A stretch of 13,972 nt of DNA from the NCBI GenBank assembly GCA_039683575.1, contig JBDKRC010000080.1:1-13972 (forward strand), given 5' to 3'. Both the position numbers and the translations under genes were made by a program. Of the stretch, positions 7,721-13,972 are shown piece after piece. The stretch comes from Armatimonadia bacterium. GTDB lineage: Bacteria > Armatimonadota > Zipacnadia > Zipacnadales > UBA11051. Every line of letters starts with the position of its first letter. The stretch's first letter is position 1. The notes below the pieces were generated by a model that was not told the DNA's origin, searched no databases, and saw only the letters and a list, made by a program, of their open reading frames with translations.

Positions 7721-7834
7721 AATCGTTCCTCCTTGAAAGGACGGTCAGGTGAAGTGCATCATTGGCTGCCAGAGCATCTGTAGAGGCCCTGGCAGCGGAG
7801 GCTCAGACAGAGAGTCTGAGGGATAGGGCACGAC

Positions 7835-8128
7835 CTAACCGATAGGAGGACCGCGGCGGAGGAAGTAGACGGGGCTCGCGACAGGGGCCACTGCAATGGC
7901 CGCAGGCGCGAGCCTGCGAGCCTGCAAGGCCGGAAGGGATAGTAGGAGGAGGAGCGGAAGGGCGGCGACGGCGGTGGAGAGCACGAGGCAGACCACGCAG
8001 TCGTGGTGGTCGTGTTCCTGATGTCCGCAGAGGTCCACGTGAATGTGGACGTGCGCGAGCGCCCCGGCAGTGGCAATGACCAGCGCCAGAAGCATCGCGG
8101 CTGCGGATTTTCGCCGCAGTGGGGACAA
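7835..8128 (-). CDS. DUF2946-like small protein / putative ribosome-arrest leader (signal peptide, His-rich, CxxC, C-terminal RGPP), 97 aa
   Basis: TTG start with strong SD GAGGAGG (8137-8143 complement) 8 nt upstream; HVHIH...HQEHDHHDCVVC; Pro/Ala-rich linker; ends LRRGPPIG. Confidence 0.8.
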   Translation of the reverse strand: MSPLRRKSAAAMLLALVIATAGALAHVHIHVDLCGHQEHDHHDCVVCLVLSTAVAALPLLLLLSLPALQARRLAPAAIAVAPVASPVYFLRRGPPIG

Positions 8129-8175
8129 ACGAAACGCCTCCTCACCGACATGAACATCAACAGCAGACGGCGCGG

Positions 8176-8204
8176 TTCCCTGGGGGCGGCGGAATCGCTA
8201 TAAT
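8176..8204 (+). promoter_or_regulatory. Putative sigma70 promoter of the DUF2961 gene
   Basis: Perfect TATAAT at 8199-8204 and weak TTCCCT 17 nt upstream, in a GC-rich background about 35 nt before ATG 8239. Confidence 0.5.
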
Positions 8205-8238
8205 GAATGCCGATTCGCCGGGACTATGGGAGGACGCA

Positions 8239-9855
8239 ATGATTGGGATTCGATCTAGCAGGCATTCCACCGGACGCACCGCGCGATTCGGGCGCACTAC
8301 GGTGCGTGTCAACGGATTCGGGCGCACCACGGTGCGCCCCTACTTGTTGGCGCTACTGGTCTGTGTTATACCCGCTGCCGCGCAGGATTTGACGCGGCTG
8401 AACCCTGAGAATGTGCCAGTTGTGCTGCAGCAGCCGCTGAAGTTGCTTGCCACTACCGCCATGTCCGGGGTGGGCAAGGACTACTATTCGCTCAAACCCG
8501 GGCAGAGCGCGGTGATCGGCGAGGTGAAGGGTCCGGCGGTGATTTTCCGCGTGTGGTCAACGTCGAGCAAAAGCGCGATGGTGTCGCTGGACATGACTGT
8601 GGATGGGAAGACGGAGCGGCTGTACACGAACGGGAAGCTGCCGACGGGGGCGCTGAAGGACGATCCGCTGCGGGCGATGGATATGCAGGCTTACTGGTCG
8701 TATGTGCCGGTGTTCGTGAGTAAGCGGGCGGTATTCCGCGCCACTAGCATCGAAAAGACCGAGGAGATCAAGTTCTACCTGCAGGCCGGGTACCGGACGG
8801 CTACGGCGGCGCAGCTTGCGGAGGCGCGGGCGTTCGATATCGGGGCGGCGAGGGCGGCGGCGAAGCAGATACTGGCGGACCCGGAGACCAACGTGGCGGC
8901 GGGGCAGGCGACGGAGCAGACATTGCAGACGGGCAAAGCGTGGGACGCGCCAGTGACCGGGCCAGCGATGGTGACGATGAGCCTGACGCCGCCGCAGGGG
9001 ACGACGCCGGAACAACTGGCGGCGACGCGGCTGGTGGTGACGTGTGACGGGGCCAAGACGATTGATGTTCCGCTCGGGGCGATGTTTGGGGTTGGCCACA
9101 AACTCACGGGCTATGTCACGCCGCTGATGGCGGTGAAGGGCGGGACCATGATCTTGCGGGCGCCGATGCCGGTGGCGAAGAGCCTGCAGGTGGCGCTGAA
9201 GAGGTATGGACGCGGGGGCTTGCGGAGCGTGCAGGCGAAGGTGTGGATTACTCCGCTGACGCGAGAGCCGCAGTACCGGCTGTGCGCGCAGTACTTCTCG
9301 CAGGTGTCGGTGCAGGACAAGCCGATGACGCTGCTCAACACGACCGGGAGAGGGATCTTCCTGGGGACGAACCTGAGCGTGAACGGTCTGGAGAAGAAGA
9401 CGTTCGCGTTCCTGGAGGGCAACGAGCAGATCTATGTGGATGGGGCGGCGAAGCCGACGCTGGAGGGAACGGGGACGGAGGACTACTTCAACGGAGCCTG
9501 GTACTTTGAGGCCGGCGAGGTGCAGCACCTGTTTCATGGCGTAACGTTTGTGCAACTGCGCGAGCCGCCGATGGTCGATTGCTACAGACATATGGTGTCC
9601 GACAGCATCCCGTTTTCGAAGGGGCTGCGGTTTGATCTACAGCATGGCAGCCGTAACAAGGCGCCGGATGTGGTGTATGACGGCGTGATGCTGTGGTACC
9701 AGACGCTACCGGTGACGATCGCGGAGCCGCGGGAGGCGGCGGTGCCGGGGGCTGAGGGAGCAGGGGTGCCGCTGCGAAAGACCGTGGTGGGGGCAGTGGC
9801 GCTGATCGTTGTAGCGGCGTTTGTGGTGTGGGTGGTGCGGAGGCGAGGGGCGTAG
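8239..9855 (+). CDS. Secreted, C-terminally anchored DUF2961 (GH172-like glycoside hydrolase) protein, 538 aa
   Basis: ATG 8239 with SD GGAGG (preferred over 8119, which overlaps the opposite gene); signal peptide AAA|QD; KGPAVIFRVWST, IDVPLGAMFG, FLEGNEQIYVDG and GTGTEDYFNGAWYF motifs; C-terminal TM helix plus RRR. Confidence 0.85.
   Translation: MIGIRSSRHSTGRTARFGRTTVRVNGFGRTTVRPYLLALLVCVIPAAAQDLTRLNPENVPVVLQQPLKLLATTAMSGVGKDYYSLKPGQSAVIGEVKGPAVIFRVWSTSSKSAMVSLDMTVDGKTERLYTNGKLPTGALKDDPLRAMDMQAYWSYVPVFVSKRAVFRATSIEKTEEIKFYLQAGYRTATAAQLAEARAFDIGAARAAAKQILADPETNVAAGQATEQTLQTGKAWDAPVTGPAMVTMSLTPPQGTTPEQLAATRLVVTCDGAKTIDVPLGAMFGVGHKLTGYVTPLMAVKGGTMILRAPMPVAKSLQVALKRYGRGGLRSVQAKVWITPLTREPQYRLCAQYFSQVSVQDKPMTLLNTTGRGIFLGTNLSVNGLEKKTFAFLEGNEQIYVDGAAKPTLEGTGTEDYFNGAWYFEAGEVQHLFHGVTFVQLREPPMVDCYRHMVSDSIPFSKGLRFDLQHGSRNKAPDVVYDGVMLWYQTLPVTIAEPREAAVPGAEGAGVPLRKTVVGAVALIVVAAFVVWVVRRRGA
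8285..8343. repeat. In-frame REP-like hairpins within the 5' end of the DUF2961 CDS
   Basis: GGGCGCACC-AC-GGTGCGCCC-CTAC at 8320-8343 and a degenerate copy 30 bp upstream; encode FGRTTVR twice. Confidence 0.75.
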
Positions 9856-9914
9856 GGAAGAGTCTGTCAGGATGGACAGGATTACGGCGGATGGGCAGGA
9901 TGGGGAGGGGCGGG
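9827..9914. repeat. 88-bp direct repeat, copy 1
   Basis: Matches 11158-11245 with 4 mismatches; includes the last codons and stop of the DUF2961 gene. Confidence 0.9.
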
Positions 9915-9957
9915 CCGGAGGGTGCGGCAGGAGTAGAGCTACAGCGGGGGTGCGCGC

Positions 9958-11154
9958 TTGTTCATTCCGTATTCGACGGACCGGCAGCTATTGCGGACGC
10001 CGTGGGCGACGATCTCGATCATCGCGCTTTGCGCGGTTATTGAGGGGTTCGCGCTATACCGGCCGGGCCTGCGCGATTTGCTGGCCTTCAATCCCGAGGC
10101 CTTTCACTGGTGGCAGCCGCTGACGGCGATGTTTGCCCACGCGGATCCAATGCACCTGATCGGCAACATGCTGTTCCTCTGGATCTTCGGAAGTCATGTT
10201 GAAGATACCATCGGCATCCCCCGGTATCTCCTCCTTTACGTTACGGCCGGCTTCGCCGGCGACTGGCTGCAGGGGATGACGGATGTCTTCTTTCTGCACG
10301 GGGTGCGTGGTGGCATCGGCGCCTCGGGGGCAATCATGGGGCTGGTGGCGCTGTTCGCCCTGCGATACCGGAAGGTCAAGGTCAACATCTGGTATTGGTA
10401 CTACTATGTATATAGCGGAGTTTGGAAGGTGCCGGCGTTGTATGTCGGCGCCTTTTATTTTGCGTGCGACCTGCTGGAAGGGGCGGGATCCGGCCTGATG
10501 GGGATGCCGAGCATGGTCGGCAACTTCGCGCACGTCGGTGGCTTTCTGGGCGGCGTTATCTGGTGCTATGCGCTGCGGTTGCCGACGGCCGCCGCCGTGG
10601 ATGAGGATGTGGAGACGGCCACGGAGTTCGCTGCCGCAGGGGCCTACGGGGCCGCGGCGGGAGCCATGGCAGAGGCAGTTGAGCATGACCCGGGCAACCC
10701 GGAGCTGCGGCGACAGAAGGCGCTGTTCCTGCAGATGAAGGACCGGACAGCCCATTTGGCCCTGCCGGAATGGAACGCCGCCTTCCTGTTGTGGGTGCAG
10801 CGGGATGAGCCCGAGTCGGCGCTGGACGCGTGGCGTGAGGCACGGCGGGTGTTTGAGATCGAGGCCTTCGATCCTGACGTTGTCTGGCGGCTGGCAGTGG
10901 ACTGGGAGAAGCACGGGCACGCGGAGATGGCGGCCGAGTTGTACAACGCGTTGGCGCGCCGCGACGGGTTTGCGGACGCGCCAAGAGCAGCGTTGCGGCT
11001 GGGGGACTTGTTAGCGCGGCAGGGGCATGTGGAGCGGGCGCGGCAGTGGTATGGGTATGTGCGCAGGACGTGGCCGGATAGTGCGGAGGCGTTTGAGGCG
11101 GATGATCGGGAGGGGAGGTTGGAGGGGGATGGTCGTGGACAGAGGCAGTGTTAG
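9958..11154 (+). CDS. Rhomboid-family intramembrane serine protease with C-terminal TPR-like domain, 398 aa
   Basis: TTG start, IPY..D...TPWAT N-terminus; TAMFAHADPMHLIGNMLFLWIFG; catalytic GASG and AHVGGFLGG; helical TPR-like tail (APRAALRLGDLLARQG). Confidence 0.92.
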   Translation: MFIPYSTDRQLLRTPWATISIIALCAVIEGFALYRPGLRDLLAFNPEAFHWWQPLTAMFAHADPMHLIGNMLFLWIFGSHVEDTIGIPRYLLLYVTAGFAGDWLQGMTDVFFLHGVRGGIGASGAIMGLVALFALRYRKVKVNIWYWYYYVYSGVWKVPALYVGAFYFACDLLEGAGSGLMGMPSMVGNFAHVGGFLGGVIWCYALRLPTAAAVDEDVETATEFAAAGAYGAAAGAMAEAVEHDPGNPELRRQKALFLQMKDRTAHLALPEWNAAFLLWVQRDEPESALDAWREARRVFEIEAFDPDVVWRLAVDWEKHGHAEMAAELYNALARRDGFADAPRAALRLGDLLARQGHVERARQWYGYVRRTWPDSAEAFEADDREGRLEGDGRGQRQC

Positions 11155-11157
11155 CGA

Positions 11158-11245
11158 TGTGGATGGTGCGGAGGCGAGGGGCGTAGGGAAGAGCTTGTCA
11201 GGATGGACAGGATTACGGCGGATGGGCAGGAGGGGGAGGGGCGGG
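11158..11245. repeat. 88-bp direct repeat, copy 2
   Basis: Matches 9827-9914 at an offset of 1331 bp; starts just after the rhomboid-TPR stop codon. Confidence 0.9.
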
Positions 11246-11273
11246 AGAGATACAGGCGGGTGGCGGCGAAGGT

Positions 11274-11322
11274 GAGGGTTGGTCGGGGATGACGACAGGG
11301 CCGGCTGAAGCTCGGCCCCTCC
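11274..11322. repeat. Conserved flank plus REP-like hairpin GGGCCGGCTGAAGCTCGGCCCCTCC (11298-11322)
   Basis: Hairpin identical to those at 3871-4072 and 5674; preceded by GAGGGTTGGTCGGGGATGACG. Confidence 0.88.
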
Positions 11323-11333
11323 TGAGAGCCGGA

Positions 11334-12038
11334 TCAGTCGTAGCGGATGTCTATTACGCGAGGACGTGGGGGGGCGTTGCGGCGTACTACGGCGAAGCGG
11401 CGGACCAGGAGCCAGCCGGCCAGGAAGCCGCCGATATGAGCCCAGAAGGCTACGCCGCCGCCGGCGCCGCCGATGGTGCCGAAGCCCGAGAAGAGCTGCA
11501 GGATGAACCACAGGCCCAGGAAGACTACCGCCGGGATGTCCATGATGGTCCAGAGGAAGATGAAGGGGACCAGCGTGCGGATTGAGGCACCACGGAAGAG
11601 GACGAAGTACGCGCCCAGCACGCCCGCGATGGCGCCACTGGCACCGAGTACCGGGACCGAGGCGAAGACTGAAACGAGGGCGTGCGTGAGGGCGGCGATG
11701 GTGCCGCAGAGCAGGTAGAAGATCAGGTAGCGCAAGTGGCCCATGCGGTCCTCGACGTTGTCGCCAAAAACCCACAGGAAGAGCATGTTGAAGCCGAGGT
11801 GCAGGAAGCCGCCATGCATGAACATGGAGGTGAGGATGGTGAGGAGGGTGGGGCCGGCACCCTGGGTGGCGAGGGCGTCGCGGCTGACCAGGTGGGAGGG
11901 GTTGAAGGCGAAGTCGGCGTGCAGGTTGGGAGCGTCGGGCAACTGCCAGGCGAGATACACGATAGCGCAGGTAACGATGATGGCGTAGTTGACGTAGGGG
12001 ACGGTGGAGGACGGGATGTTATCGCGCAATGGGATCAT
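11334..12038 (-). CDS. Rhomboid-family intramembrane serine protease, 234 aa
   Basis: MIPLRDNIPS N-terminus; TSMFMHGGFLHLGFNMLFLWVFGDNVEDRMGH; catalytic GASG and WAHIGGF; SD AAGGA. Confidence 0.95.
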   Translation of the reverse strand: MIPLRDNIPSSTVPYVNYAIIVTCAIVYLAWQLPDAPNLHADFAFNPSHLVSRDALATQGAGPTLLTILTSMFMHGGFLHLGFNMLFLWVFGDNVEDRMGHLRYLIFYLLCGTIAALTHALVSVFASVPVLGASGAIAGVLGAYFVLFRGASIRTLVPFIFLWTIMDIPAVVFLGLWFILQLFSGFGTIGGAGGGVAFWAHIGGFLAGWLLVRRFAVVRRNAPPRPRVIDIRYD

Positions 12039-12118
12039 GTGACGTTCCTTGGCAAGGCGCGCGCCGCGCGCGCACGGTGAGATAGACGGCGCGAGAGGCG
12101 CGAAGGCTCACCGAGGCC

Positions 12119-12127
12119 ATTGTAACA
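12119..12127 (-). promoter_or_regulatory. Putative extended -10 promoter (TGn-TACAAT) for the minus-strand rhomboid
   Basis: Minus strand reads TGT-TACAAT at 12127-12119, at the 3' foot of the groEL terminator and about 80 nt before ATG 12038. Confidence 0.45.
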
Positions 12128-12159
12128 AAGGGCGGGCTGCTTGTGGCAGCCCGCCCTTT
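12127..12159 (-). terminator. groEL terminator hairpin
   Basis: Perfect 14-bp inverted repeat AAAGGGCGGGCTGC/GCAGCCCGCCCTTT with 5-nt loop, about 55 nt after the groEL stop; TTTGTT tail on the minus strand. Confidence 0.85.
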
Positions 12160-12213
12160 CGAGTTTTGAGGCAGAGGCAGGCAGACCTGCTGGTAGCAGG
12201 CCGGACCTGCGTC

Positions 12214-13851
<1,638 letters not shown>

Positions 13852-13897
13852 ACTAGCCTGTCTCGTTGTGGAAATCTATTTTTTTTGTGCGGCGGAG

Positions 13898-13958
13898 GCG
13901 GGCGGGACGCCCGCACTACGCGATGATGCGGCAACGGCGGGCGGGACGCCCGTCCTAC
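13898..13958. repeat. Two REP-like GTAG hairpins upstream of groEL
   Basis: GCGGGCG-GGA-CGCCCGC-ACTAC at 13898-13919 and GCGGGCG-GGA-CGCCCGT-CCTAC at 13937-13958; same family as 5459-5480. Confidence 0.85.
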
Positions 13959-13972
13959 GACGATATGGGTGC

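Noticed and set aside
7759-8160. Alternative 133-aa minus-strand ORF
   Set aside because: Overlaps the 7835-8128 frame, which has the strong SD and coherent motifs
8119-8238. N-terminal extension of the DUF2961 ORF
   Set aside because: Overlaps the divergent gene start and the TATAAT box; ATG 8239 has a GGAGG SD
9827-11245. Integron cassette or IS element
   Set aside because: No attC-like structure, integrase, transposase or terminal inverted repeats

Overview
GC-rich bacterial window whose + strand is strongly G-skewed. The DUF1559/H-X9-DG pilin-like gene and gene style suggest Armatimonadota or a similar lineage (inference). Eleven credible CDSs: an LTXXQ (Spy/CpxP-like) secreted protein, a YciC/GPDPase-membrane-domain-like protein, an FAD-dependent oxidoreductase, a PocR-sensor AraC regulator, a UroD/MtaA-fold protein, a DUF1559 pilin-like protein preceded by a DUF2946-like His-rich/CxxC/RGPP leader ORF, a membrane-anchored DUF2961 (GH172-like) protein, two convergent rhomboid proteases and groEL. 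Most intergenic gaps contain GTAG/GGAG REP-like hairpins of several families, all in the same orientation. Many follow one conserved ~23-nt flank, one is nested inside another, and one lies in frame in a signal-peptide N-region. Most notable: (1) a putative metal-sensing ribosome-arrest uORF (CruR/CutF-like) upstream of a pilin-like gene instead of a TonB receptor or copper oxidase; (2) a modular 'constant flank + interchangeable hairpin' repeat system; (3) 88-bp direct repeats bracketing a rhomboid-TPR gene, one of which supplies the C-terminal tail of the upstream membrane-anchored protein; (4) a 116-bp insertion flanked by CAG duplications. All family assignments are from motif recognition by eye, not database searches.
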